Below are positions 1 through 12,364 of a stretch of 64,000 nucleotides of DNA, in pieces (within the stretch, counting starts at the first letter, position 1; every line of letters begins with the position of its first letter). The stretch is from Ascidiella aspersa (lineage: Eukaryota): positions 16,058,001 to 16,122,000 of the forward strand of contig OZ004615.1 of the NCBI GenBank assembly GCA_963924565.1, given 5' to 3'. The position numbers were made by a program, and so were the translations under genes. Below the pieces are notes generated by a model. The model did not search any database, was not told the origin of the DNA, and worked only from the letters and a program-made list of their open reading frames with translations.

Positions 1-1582
1 GCATCATGTTTTTACATATTTAAACTACTTAATGGCAAATATTTCAATATGTCCAACCGTTTTAGGATATCTTTTCAGCAAAAGTCTCATGGAAGTTCAA
101 AACCAAAAAAAGTTTCGTGCGGATGTTTTTCGTGTTTCTAATATAAAAATGACATCGAGAGTATACTTAATTACATTTTTTTAACTTGAAACTAGACTAT
201 CGACAAAATTATCGCGCTCTAACTATTTTGCTACCCTTTCACGTTAATAAATAACACCTTTGTAATGTGGCTTAAATTAAGTGTAAATAACAAATTTTTG
301 TAATGTGGAATAATAAACTATAATATCAAACGTATAATTTTAGCACAAGAAACACCACGTAATATTTTATGCCCTTAACTTTACGTGATAGGCTTTTGCG
401 CCCTATACTTCGGTATATATTTATTCCTAATTTGAGTCGCAAATTTGGGACGGGACCTATTTTATGACTTCGCGCTTTGACCAATTTGTGTTGTCATCCT
501 AAATTAACTTGGGCAATATTTCGATTGTGGGCGATTTTTGGCAGACCTTTTTTGTAAATATTGTTTAAAACCTTGGTCGCAAAAATTACTTTCGTAAAAA
601 ATATTTAGCTTGCTCGATTAGCCAATTTGTGGATTTGAATTTAAATTATGTTTGCCCTGGCCGAGGAGTAGGTCAATGACATTGGTAAACAGAGATGTCA
701 CAATTGTGCAAAAGGCGCATCTGGAAAGCGGTAATTAAGTCTAACAAGTTCGAAGTGGTTCGCAAGAACTTTTTTACCTAAAATATAAAAATGTACATTG
801 CATACAATGCCTTTTACTGCCTTTATACTTTAAGGTAACATGTCAGATAGGCGAAAAAAACAGTTAGGCACAGAGTCAATTTACGGCATATCGTGACTTC
901 CCCCGTTTAAAACGAAGACGTTCGTTGGTTGTTTGGTTAATAAGTAGCTTGTTGTTTGCGTTTATGAAATATGATACGGCCCTGATGTGAAAGGCTTTGC
1001 TAAATGTATTTCAATCACGAAGCGAAACACAGATAAAGACCTGATAAACTAGCGGCTCTATACGCTTTTAGTTGAGCTGTTTTAGCCGAAAACGAAGACG
1101 AAGTTGTTAGTTATAGCAGCATATTCCTCGGCGAATAAGACATTGCTGAATTATAATCGTATATATTACGTTAAATATCTGTTGAATAACTGCCATGTAT
1201 ATACAATGAGTCTGTTTATTAAACAAGGAATAAATATCAAGCATGAAAAGATTTTCGAATAAATAATTTTATGAATGCAAAATCAACAAAGCAACCAGGT
1301 TAATAAGGCAAAAGAATCGACCCTAAATATATTTTTTACTTTGTTCAACCAAAAACAACTATTAGGTGGAATATTGGGTCCCATGGTATTTATAGTTAAG
1401 AAATAAAGGAGAGTATATTGGTAATTTACATTAATGTTGCACTAATATTTGCTATGGCGTATAGTATATTTGTATGTTAATATATCTTATTATAAAAGGT
1501 TTTAAGTATTTTGTTTGTATCGGCCGAATGTTCAGGTGATCTCTCGTAACGATTTTCGTAGTCGTTTAAAGTCAAGTTCGAA

Positions 1583-4500
1583 ATGAATTTTAAGTTTCTC
1601 ACAGTCCTGCTTCTACTGATCTTAGTTTGCTCCCTGCTGTTTGAGATCGGAGATGCGGGAGACGACGAGAAATTGGGAAAGAAAAAGAATAGAAAGAAGA
1701 GAAAGGGAAGGAGGAAAGGAGGACGCAAGAGGAAGAACAAGACAAGCACCACTGCAGCAATAAATGTAACTCTTCCACTTGTCACAACCGTTATGCCAGA
1801 TATCTCAACAATAGTCTCGACCAAAGCCAAGATGACTACCTCAACCACCACAACAACAGGAACATCCGCGATTTCTTTGTTTCCAGCAATCGACCCTCCC
1901 ACATCCTCCGGTTCTTCAGAAGGAGACGTGCCCGACGTTTCCAGCAAAGGCCTTCTCTCACTCTTCGACTACATGTTTGGTGGCGCCGGCGACGACAACT
2001 CAACGTACGACGATGGATATGACTACGAGACCACAACCGCTGCCACGGAAGACGACTACGACGACGGTGGAGATGCTTCCTCGGCCGCAGAAGTTAGACA
2101 GGTAATGATCAATGGTAAGGTGGTTCCAATTTGCATTGAAGAACCAGTCAAGGCTCGATTCAAGGGTTATGTGAACAGCGGAGACGTCAGCCTTTGGGAC
2201 GCTTTGAACATCGCCAAGCCTGACTTGTCAAAGAGACAGAAAATCGAAATGATGAATAGCACTCTAAACGATGCAGGACTGCCGCCGATCGCTGCTTGCA
2301 CTCTGGAATCTGAACTGGACGACAATTTAGTGTCGTGCGATTTGGAGGCTGTTGCCGAATACATGATGAAATACGCCAAAGCCGGCACGCTGTCGATCGC
2401 TAGGTTTCACGCTCTAATGAAGAGCAACACAAGTGAGGCAGCAAAATTAAACGCCTCGCAGCAGATCATGGTCGACGAGGAGCTGCCCAAAATTCTGCCG
2501 TGCCTCAAAACGCCCGGAAAGGTACCGCAAAGAACGGTGGCGCTGAAATGTGATGCCGAAACCATAAAAAAAGCTTTGTTAGGGTATGTTACACGCGGAG
2601 AACTGGCGTCGACTATTCTGCTCGAACTGGCTTCCCCCGATCTAACGCCAATCGACAAGTTGAAATTAATCAATGTCGCACTGGGTGAGGCAAATTTGCC
2701 CATAATAGTTTGCACTAAAAGCGATTCAACTCTGCCAGAAACAACTACGGCGCTTGGTGGAACTGCATCTCGTATTCGAGCTACATCCCGTCCCGCTGTT
2801 CATTCAATCGCCTGTAACCCAGATTCAATCAGGGCTCTGGTTATTTCACATATTGCCAATTCCGCTTTACCGAAGTCTTTGATTCCTTCTCTTACAAATA
2901 AGAACAAATCGCTGCCAGAAAAATTGCGGATAATCAACAACGCACTACTAGAGAGCGGGCGTCCAAAAATCGTTTGCTCTGACGATGATACAAAAGTCAC
3001 AACTGTACCAACAGTCCATCCGATTCAGTGCGACCCAGAAGCCTTGCGGAAACTTGTAATTTCCTACATTAAAAATGGAATATTAACGGATGGGACGCTT
3101 ATCGGTAAACTGACCAATCAAACTTGGGCGCTATCAGAAAAGTTGAGCGTCGTTAACCGCGTGTTAGAAGAGAAGGGACTGCCGCCTCTTGCGTGTATAA
3201 CTGAGGAAACACAGTTGACAACTGTGGCAGCAATTATTTGTGACGAGGATAGCATAAGGACTCTTGTTATCTCTTACATTAAAGATGAAATTTTGCCGGG
3301 AACCATAATCGGTCAACTCATGGTTCCCGATTTGTCGCCGGCAGATAAACTTGCCACGATTAACAACGCTTTAGAGATGAAGGGTTTGCCTTCCATAGTT
3401 TGTGCTCAAAACCTGGTTGAATCAACAACACATTCTCCTCCTTCTTCGCAGCAAATAAGCTGCGACCCAGAATCAATTAAAGCATTGGTTACCTCTTACA
3501 TGAAGAATGGCGATCTTCCTTATTCGCTGATAGGTTCCCTCACAGATCCTGAAATATCGCAGGCGGATAAATTGGACACAATTAACGAAAGCCTATTGGG
3601 GGCAGGGTTGGCACCTATCGAATGCTCTTCAGCCGAATCGGAGATGGATCCCGGGTCCCATGGCCATACGCCGGGTTGCTCTCTTCCGCTAAACACAACC
3701 GATCACGGCTCAATTTTGGCATTTGCCATTCAGCTGGAAGAAGACGGAAAAATACCGGAAGGCACATACCTCCGAGTGACTAACGGCGACCTGAAAATGG
3801 AAGAGCTCTTGGCGACGCTCAGTGACGCTCACTGCGCTAAAGCGAAAGGTCCCAATCTCGGCGGATCAGTTGGTGGAAAAGACCTTGAGGTAAATCCATA
3901 CGTTGTTCGTATTGCATGTAGCTGTAAAGTTTCCATAAAGGTTGAGTTTCGATGTATAAACCAGGGGTTGGCAACCTACGGCCCGCAAATGCAATTCATG
4001 CGGCCCGACACCTCTTTAAAAATCTTGGAACCAAGCCGTTCCCCATGTTTTCAGTCTATTTTAACTACGTAAATGTTTCCTTGTCTATTGTTTATCCTTT
4101 TCCTTTTCTATTTTAACTACGTAAACAAAACCAAAATTACTGAAATACACGTTTGAACAAAGAATCACTAAAAATTGAGTTTTGTTCAGGCCCCCCTAAT
4201 GAAACGATACAGTGCCGACAGCCTGACACGTACATTACAATTTTGATTTTTGATTTTTTCATATTTTATATATTTTTTTTAATCGGAACCATATAAGCAA
4301 ATTAAATTAGGTAAGGCGAAAAGCCTCGCACGTAGTTTTAAAGTCATTCGAGCACGACTGTATTGTTGACATCACCATGCTTTATGCAGCAACTAAATAA
4401 GCTGATGGCGATTATCGATGCCGGCTACCTACCTCCTGACACATTGACAAAGCTCGCTCTGGGAGAGATCTCACAGGAGTGGTTGCGCGCCAACTTGTCC

Positions 4501-7500
4501 AAGAACGAGGATTATATCCTCTCGCAACTTCCGGCTCCGATCGCTAAACTGATAAGGGACGGCGACATGCCACCCGAGATCGTGGCGGCCATCTTCGGAG
4601 GAACAAAGAACAAAACTGAAATCATCCAGATGTTGGTCGAAGATGACGATCTGATCCGTAAGCTTCTTCCACCCCAGATTCTTCTTATGCTTGGGGTGAG
4701 TTTTACGCGCTTGTCTTTTTCATCTGCTTCGGAAATATTAAGCTAAGCGTTGATTGAGATAGGTGTAATCTAACTGGAATAATTTAAAAAATAAGTGTAC
4801 TTCAGTAATGTTTGCTTCTTCACCTCATATTGACCAATTTTTTGTAAAACGAACAGTATTTGCGGGCCAGCAATATTCTGAATGATATGCTGTATGTCGT
4901 GTTACTGTTATAAACGTTGATACAATTTGTTCGCTCTTACAACTTTTAAATTTGAAAACTTTGTGAACAGCTCATGATTTTTTTACATTTTGGTCAAATA
5001 TCAACATAATAAAAAAGTATAGAATCGATAGAAAAGCCAAAACAAATGTACGTACATTTTGAAATACTTGTACGTACATTTTGAATATTTTGTTTATTTT
5101 TATACCTTAGACAAAATCCGATTAAATTTTGCATAATTGTCATTGTTAACCTGACATGATTACAATGCCCCAAAATCAAAAACATCAAGGACCCTTCGTT
5201 TAAAAAATCAAAAACATCAACGACCTTAGTTTTATCACAAAGGAAACCTTCGTTTTATCACAAAAATAAACGTTGATACAATTTGTTCGCTCTTACAACT
5301 TTTAAATTTGAAAACTTTGTGAACAGCTCATGATTTTTTTACATTTTGGTCAAATATCAACATAATAAAAAAGTATAGAATCGATAGAAAAGCCAAAACG
5401 AATGTATGTACATTTTGAAATACTTGTACGTACATTTTGAATATTTTGTTTATTTTTATACCTTAGACAAAATCCGATTAAACTTTGCTTAATTGTCATT
5501 ATTAATCTGACATGATTACAATGCCCAAAAATCAAAAACATCAAGGACCCTTCGTTTAAAAAATCAAAAACATCAAGGACCTTCGTTTTATCACAAAGGA
5601 AAAACCTGTTCCCGATGAGCTCAAAGAACTGATGGTCAGCGGAAAGAACGCAACTGAAATCCGGGAAGAAGTGCAGAACGACGATGATCTCCTGCAGAAG
5701 TTAATGAGTCCCTCCTCCTACTTCTTCTACAACCTCTTTCAGAGTCAGATGAATCGCAACATTAACTCCGCCATCAGTATTTGCGTTATCGTGGTTCTCA
5801 CATTCGTGATGATATCCTTGGGTAAGAAAACAATGAAAGGAGAAATGCTTGACAGTATGCTGGCAAGTTTTGTCCCAGTGTCTATATATAACGTTACCAT
5901 CCCCGAAATAAAAGGCGACCCAGGCAAGACCTTTGAGAAGATTTCTTTTTAGTGTCAGTTTAATATTCGCCTATAATTTGTTTTGTGTATTTCAATGCAT
6001 TTTTATTCCTCACTACGGTAGCCTTTATGTGGGACATAACGGAGCAAATAATAATAAAATAGAACTGATTTTCCACAGAAACAACAAAGTTTTGAATTTA
6101 AATTAAATAGCGTGGTTTGATGAACTTTAAATAAAGTTATGTAGTTGTTTTAACAAATCTTGATAGAGTTATTTATTTGTTATGTAACTATACTTTTCTC
6201 AAACTATTTTTATATCTATCTATAAAGAAAGAAAACGTAAAATGTTTCAATTTGCATGATTTTAAGCGTACCAGCAGTTATAAAACAACTTTGGTTTTAA
6301 AGTCACACCAAGCTTATTCTGTCCAGGTTGCACAATGACAGTGGATAAAATAGCCGAACACGCCAAAGCGCCAAAGGGTGTGGTGATCGCGTTGTTTGCA
6401 CAGTTCGTCATCATGCCGGCGTCGGCGTTCGGTCTGACCCAAGCGTTTGACCTTGATACCTACTCTGCCATTTCGGTGCTGATTTGCGGATGTTGTCCTG
6501 GAGGCAACCTCTCCAACATGCTCGCCTACGCCTTAAACGGAGACATGAACCTTAGGTATATTATAAGTATTTGCTGGTTAGTCAGCATGTATTGGTTTCC
6601 CCTTGCATCTAAGATATTTTTCCAGGATAAATCATCAATCCACTATTGAAAATGCTTTCAGAGAATAACTTAAGTAAAAACTTAGCAGTTATTCTTGTGT
6701 ACATTCGGTCGTTATGTTCGCTTGTCTTACCGATATTCGTGGTACAATGCAAATGGAATCAATTAAGATATCTAGCTACATCAGGTAGTATTAAACAAAA
6801 CGTTTACCACTCACAGAAAAGTGTAAGGGTATTTAACACAAAAGTTATTTTAAAACTTTCTTTGGTTAAATAAACCAGTTATTTTTAGTTTTTATGTGAA
6901 AAAAAAACATTTCAGCTAAATGGCCGGAATCCTCGATCGGTTGATTTAAAAGTTTACACACAATCATTCATTAAATCTGTAGCATCCTGATGACGACTTG
7001 CTCGTCAATAATCGGACTCGGAATGATGCCGTTTTCGCTCTGGCTCTATTCGCGGTTTATAATTCCCCTCGACAGCGGAGTGATACCGTTCGAAAAGATC
7101 ATCCTGAACATCGCCCTAACTGTGCTTCCGGTGGGCATCGGAATAGCAATACGTCACTTCCGGCCGACGTGGGTCACCAACGTCATGAGGGTGTGTTTTA
7201 TTACTGTGTTGGATATCAATGTACTTTAATGACATTTTTAATCCGAAACTTGGGAGTGATTTGCACTAGCACAAGTAAGTAAAATAATTGAGTTTTCAAG
7301 ACCTGGACATAAAGGTATGCACGCAATACCACGCGTAAATCTGTACACAAACAAGCGCCACTAATGACTAACATATTTTGTACTAACTCGTGTTTGATAT
7401 TCGAAAGATTAAATTTTAAACTGTTTCTCACTTGCGATTTTAAATGGTAATAACAGTTTATCTTCTATTAGGTTTTAACTGAACTAATTGTTAAATTTAA

Positions 7501-10469
7501 TGCCAACGTGGAAGAGCTTAAGTGATATATGAACTGCAGAATTGTGAGTTACAGAAGATTCAATTTTATGTAGCACGACATGTTTAAAGCCTTAAAAAAC
7601 TAACAACAAGAACAACAGCAGCAATATAGAATGCTACAATTTTCGTTCATTGTGGTTCAACACTTCTCTTCTGAACTCACTTCGATGGCGTTATAAACCC
7701 TGTTTGCTTTAATTGCGTCACACGTTTCGCGATATTTTGCAGTTTGGAGCCGCGATGTTGGTTTGCTGTACGATCACGGTGGCGGTGTTGGCCGGGATTA
7801 TGTTGGGCGATTCCTTCTTCCTCTTCTTCAACCTCAAGGTGCTGGCCTGCTGCGCGATTCTGCCCATGGCCGGATACGTTCTTGGCTACACGTTTGCCTT
7901 TGTCGCAAGAGAAACGCCCAAGTGCAGGTGCGTGCTGAATCCAACTCAACCACGTGCGCTAGCATTTATCTACAATATGTTTGCATTATAAAAGTCGGAT
8001 TTGTGATGTATATCAACCGATCATGTTGCCGTACTTAAACATGGCCAAATATATACCACTGCTATTTAAATAGTTTTAAAAGCCCGTTTAAAAAGTTGCT
8101 ATAGGCGGATATATTATCTCCATAGGAAGCGTCGACTAAAAGCACTGACTTTATTACCGTTTATATATACAAACTTGTTGATATAGGAACTCAATTTGAT
8201 AAGAGCCAATGTTTCTTTTTCAATATTACTTAAGATTCGAAAACATGTAAACCTATAAACAAATGTTTGAAACAAATTATTCAGTATTTTGCCGAAATAT
8301 TGTGCATATTAATATATTCCCATATCATATCCACTGTATAGGCGCACGATATGCGTTGAGACCGGATGCCAAAACGTCCAACTGTGCTCCACTGTTCTCA
8401 AATTGGCATTCGACCCGATTCTTGTTGGGGTGCTCTTCTTAATGCCGCTGGTTTATATGGCTTTCCAGGTAAGATTCAACATCTACATTGTTTACTTTTG
8501 TGTAGTAGCTTAAGGTTGTGGTAAAAATAGTAACCGCTAGGTCAGTGGTCGGCAAACTGTGGACCGCGGCCCAAATGTGGGCCACGGAGCCATTTGTAGT
8601 GGGCCGCGGTCTATTGTATTAAATTTTAAAAATTAGTGAGTGTGGCGTAACTTTGTGAAGTCGTTCGAGAAATGAGCATGCCCCAGACCTAACAAAAGTC
8701 CATGATTCTCCTCTGTTGTCGTTGTGGTTTTACGCTATGGGCCTTTAATAGCTCTGGAAACAGTATTTTGGGTCGGTAAAAAAAAAGTTTGCCGAACACT
8801 GCTCTAGGTATTGTAAAAAAATATTAACTTGGTCGTGTGAAAAAAAGGTGTCAAAGATTGTAAAGTTTTATGTAAACAACTATCATTTGTTACAATACCA
8901 GGCTTTTCAATATTGTGTCGCAAAAAACTTGCGACACTTGTTTCAACCATGCTAAATAGAATTTTTCTTTATTTAAAGTTAACTTGAAAGAGGGATATGA
9001 CATAACATTTATTTTGTCGGATATTATATACAACGATATATAACAATTTATCCAGGGTCGTTTAACTTTGTATTTATAATTAAAAAATAGATTTTCCTAG
9101 AAGTGGTATAGCCAAGTCTGTTAGACATGGATTTAGTAGAAAACTGCATCTTGTTATAAAACCATGTTAAAGCGGATTGAACAAGATCTGATTCTACAAA
9201 CATAAGCGAGTTCTTGTAATATATATGTAAACCCGCAACTGTACACAGACTGTTGACCTGATTGAACATGCCCCTGTGTATGAACAAGCTTGTTTACCGA
9301 GCGTTGGCCCAGTTCGTTCGATAATATATTACTTGGTTTGGCGCTTGGAGTGTCAAAGTCATTCTAAAGCTGGGATATGGACAATACTGCCCCAAAACAC
9401 GAAATTAAAAAAAAAATATTTTTCTGGATAATCCAAAAAAAGTATTTACTTATTTTCTGGTGCATTATGTTTTTAAACCCAGAAATCAATGCACTATAGC
9501 TTTTCGTATGGGTTCACCAGTCTCAGGTGTAACCAAGCATTAAAACTAAAAATTGTCTTATAGTTTGTCGTTGTAAAAACAGACACCGTGCTCAATAAAA
9601 AGTTCAAAAACGAAACACAATATTACACATAGTAACAGTATAAACATCAACTCAAATCGTTAAGAAAGATTGAAGGCTATTATAAATTTGTAAGTTGAAT
9701 GCAAGGATTTTACATACCACACTTAACTGAATTTCAAACAACACAAAGTAAACTTCTAATGTGTTAATTAGAAAAACATATTTTCACGTTAAACCTGTTA
9801 CCAAACAGACCGCGGAGGCGTTTTTATTGATCTGCATATTCCGTCTCTACAATCGCTTAACCAACCCTCAGAAGCTAATCGAAGAAGACGGCGAAAGCGA
9901 AGAAAAAAAGAGACTGGACAGCGACCTTGGAAAAGGTAAGGAAAAGCATTATTGGCTCTGTGGACTAGAAGAAAACGCTCGTTTTTAAAGGTTTAACGGT
10001 ATGATGGGATGTAGTCTATTTTCGCTCTGTTCGACACAGAAAATTAGAAAATAAGAATAGCATCACAAAACGTGTGGGGAAATATAAAAAACAGCTAATT
10101 AAATATCAGCGTTGTATGTCATTATAAAATGACTTCTAAAGGCAATACCGTTATTTGGAAAAAGTCCAATGACATGGCTTGGTTTCGGCTTGTTGAAACA
10201 CTTGGACTGGGACTTTCTTTGTAGATAAACGAAGAAATAACCTTATCACTTATTTAGGTTCGCAGTTAAAGGATGAAGAAGGGAAGAAACACGACAACGG
10301 TGAAGCCGGTACGAAGCCAGCTGACGAAGAAGTGACCAATGGCAAGCTGGCAGAAGTCAAAAAAGATTCCGATGATAGCGACATTGTCGAGCTATGGCCT
10401 TTGAATAACACTCCTACGCCGGCCTACCTTGATTCTTTTAAGGCGGCTGGAACGGAAAACTACGTTTAA
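1583..10469 (+). CDS. SLC10 family (ASBT/NTCP-like) sodium:bile acid symporter with a very large repetitive N-terminal ectodomain, about 1307 aa
   Basis: Exons 1583-3889, 4390-4695, 5599-5821, 6327-6555, 6983-7190, 7743-7927, 8342-8468, 9809-9935 and 10258-10469 all have GT-AG boundaries, compatible phases and total 3924 nt. SLC10 signature segments: [76 protein letters not shown]. The N-terminus is a signal-peptide-like hydrophobic stretch. Joining exon 1 to the transporter exons is inferred from splice phase, not from transcript data. Confidence 0.88.
2132..3835 (+). repeat. Coding tandem array: 7 clear copies plus 1 divergent copy of a ~55-aa Cys-bracketed protein module
   Basis: Approximate consensus C-D-x-E-S-I-x-A-L-V-x-S-Y-I-K-x-G-x-L-P-x-S-L-I-G-x-L-T-x-P-D-L-S-x-x-D-K-L-x-x-I-N-x-A-L-x-x-x-G-L-P-x-I-x-C, visible in the 829-aa ORF translation, with Thr/Ser-rich linkers between copies. 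Confidence 0.9.
3962..4010 (+). mobile_element. 5' end fragment of a hAT-type MITE in SLC10 intron 1
   Basis: CAGGGGTTGGCAACCTACGGCCCGC matches the left end of the complete element at 51271 (CAGGGGTCGGCAACCTACGGCCCGC). No matching right end was found nearby. Confidence 0.65.
4910..5602. repeat. Recent tandem duplication with a 356-bp period in SLC10 intron 2, including the exon-3 splice acceptor
   Basis: Near-identical copies start at 4910 and 5266 (ATAAACGTTGATACAATTTG...). The twin antisense ORFs 4994-5188 and 5350-5544 are offset by 356 bp. Confidence 0.92.
8543..8801. mobile_element. hAT-type MITE in SLC10 intron 7
   Basis: TIRs CAGTGGTCGGCAAACT / AGTTTGCCGAACACTG; 8-bp TSD cgctaggt/ctctaggt (7 of 8 match). 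A right-end fragment of the same family lies at about 14510-14564. Confidence 0.85.
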
Positions 10470-12064
10470 ATCTAACAAACTGACATTGACTTTTTGGATT
10501 GGCCCTGGTGGCAATTTTATTACAGCCTGAAAGTTTTCTTCTCTTGTTTTTAAAAATTACAATATATAATAGCCTAAGCCCCAATGGAACCTACAGATTA
10601 TGCAGCTGCGAATTTTACGCATAATATTTGCTTTAAATTTCGATTCCGCTTCATGTTTACAAATTCAGTAAAACATTTTCTTTAGGACATGCAGACAGTC
10701 TCAACAGGGTTTTCAGGTTAGTCCTTTTATTTTGATTGACTGCCTATTTCGCTCTATGTTGTCGTTATTTCTTTATGTTGTTTTCAGAATTACACAAACT
10801 TTGTTTTTTGTACCGACAATCAATCCGCGCTATATATTTTAATCAAATGGATGCAGTAATTTGTTTTTTGCAATTAATACAGTTTGACCGAGAAACTTTG
10901 CTCTGGTAATTTGATACGCGTTATTCTTAATCAATAAATTACTACAAAAATGTATCTAACAAAGACTCAGTCGTGTAGTCAATAACTCAGTCGCGTAGTT
11001 GCAAATGACATAAACGATAGCTATCACAAATTTTTCCATTATAAGTATATTTTAGATAAAAGGGCGACAGGAAAAATATTATGCTCACTTTAAAACGAAT
11101 CACAAACAATGTTTTTCAAATATCTTAAAAATATATTGATCCAAACCCCAGCCTATAAAAAAGGTTTTAAAAACACTTGTTGCATGGGCGTGTCATGTAA
11201 TATTTCTTGTGTGTGTGTGTGTACATTACACATATATCCATGAAAATTTATTACATCTGAGCGAAACGTGTTAGGCTAAATGACAAAAAAGTGAAAATTT
11301 ACATTTTTAATGACTCAGTAAATGTTTAACTTTTATCGCAATAAATGTTTAGCAATATCCCAACTTTACAATATCATTTAAAACAAACGCATAACGAAAA
11401 ATGCCGGTGTAGTAAACCATTTTCAGCGGACAGTCGTCGTTAGGCTATACTTATATGATAGTCTCTATTTCGACGCTGCTAAAATTGCAAAAATAATGAT
11501 TTTCAATGGGGCAAAAAATAATTGGGCTGAAAATTATGATTTTGCATTCGTTGTATTCCATGTGTTTAAAAACTGGCCCCTAATCGCTAAACATATTTGG
11601 CTCCGTTTGTCCTTAGTATAAGACGCCGGTTGTTCATTGCAATAGTGTGGCGGAGCATTGTGCGCGACACAGTTCCATACCAGCAAGCGAGAGGTTTCGT
11701 GTTACTTGCAAATAGGAAGAAACTCATTTTCCAGGCAGAAAAAAATACTCTATTTCTATAAGAGACGAGCGTCTCAAGCGAGCGTTGTCGCAATACTCGT
11801 AAAATAGCCAAAACAAACTTTTTTTTTAATAGCCAAAACAAACTTTTAGCCAAAACAAACGTCGCGGGTCAAGCTTAATGGTTTCCGGTTAACGTCGCAA
11901 AATTTAGGCAGTGTTGCAAAGTGTCGCAAGTTTCAGCAGTTTTATAGCAAGTTTGAGCAGTAAGCATATTTGTTTATAAGCGATTTTTCTTACGTTTGAG
12001 GCAGTGTGGTGCCAAGATTACGTTAATAATAAGCAACTTGCACAATTGTTGCTTCAACTTAAGG

Positions 12065-12364
12065 CAGTGGTTCTCAACCGGGGTGTCATTTCTAATTCTC
12101 AAGTGTGCCAAGAAATACTGGAGAATGTTCAAGAATCTTATTTTTGTCCAACTTCTACAAATTTTTGTGTAAGATTAGATGAAATAAATCCAATTGTTAC
12201 TTCCTACGTTGTATACTAAAGACTATAGAGTTTATGTGTGTTGCTCCAGTTTCGTTTATTGCGACATTATAGTGAATTAACTACGGAAAAATCTTGTAGG
12301 GGTGCCGCAATCTATTTATTATTTCTGAGGGGTGCCGCTAGCCATAAAAGGCTGATAAACACCG
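12065..12364. mobile_element. hAT-type MITE
   Basis: Left end CAGTGGTTCTCAACC, degenerate right end GGCTGATAAACACCG, perfect 8-bp TSD ACTTAAGG. Confidence 0.8.

Noticed and set aside
1477-1947. 156-aa minus-strand ORF with hydrophobic Val/Phe-rich stretches
   Set aside because: It is the antisense shadow of the Thr-rich and Lys/Arg-rich codons of SLC10 exon 1.
1583-4072. The 829-aa ORF as a stand-alone single-exon gene
   Set aside because: A GAG|GTAAAT donor at 3889/3890 is in phase with the 4390 acceptor, and the last 60 codons run into MITE sequence. It is kept only as a possible minor isoform.
4994-5544. Twin 64-aa minus-strand ORFs as duplicated small genes
   Set aside because: They are by-products of the 356-bp intronic tandem duplication and show no coding features.
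10452-10469. C-terminal ENYV of SLC10 as a PDZ-binding motif
   Set aside because: The -2 residue is Asn, which does not fit the standard PDZ ligand classes.
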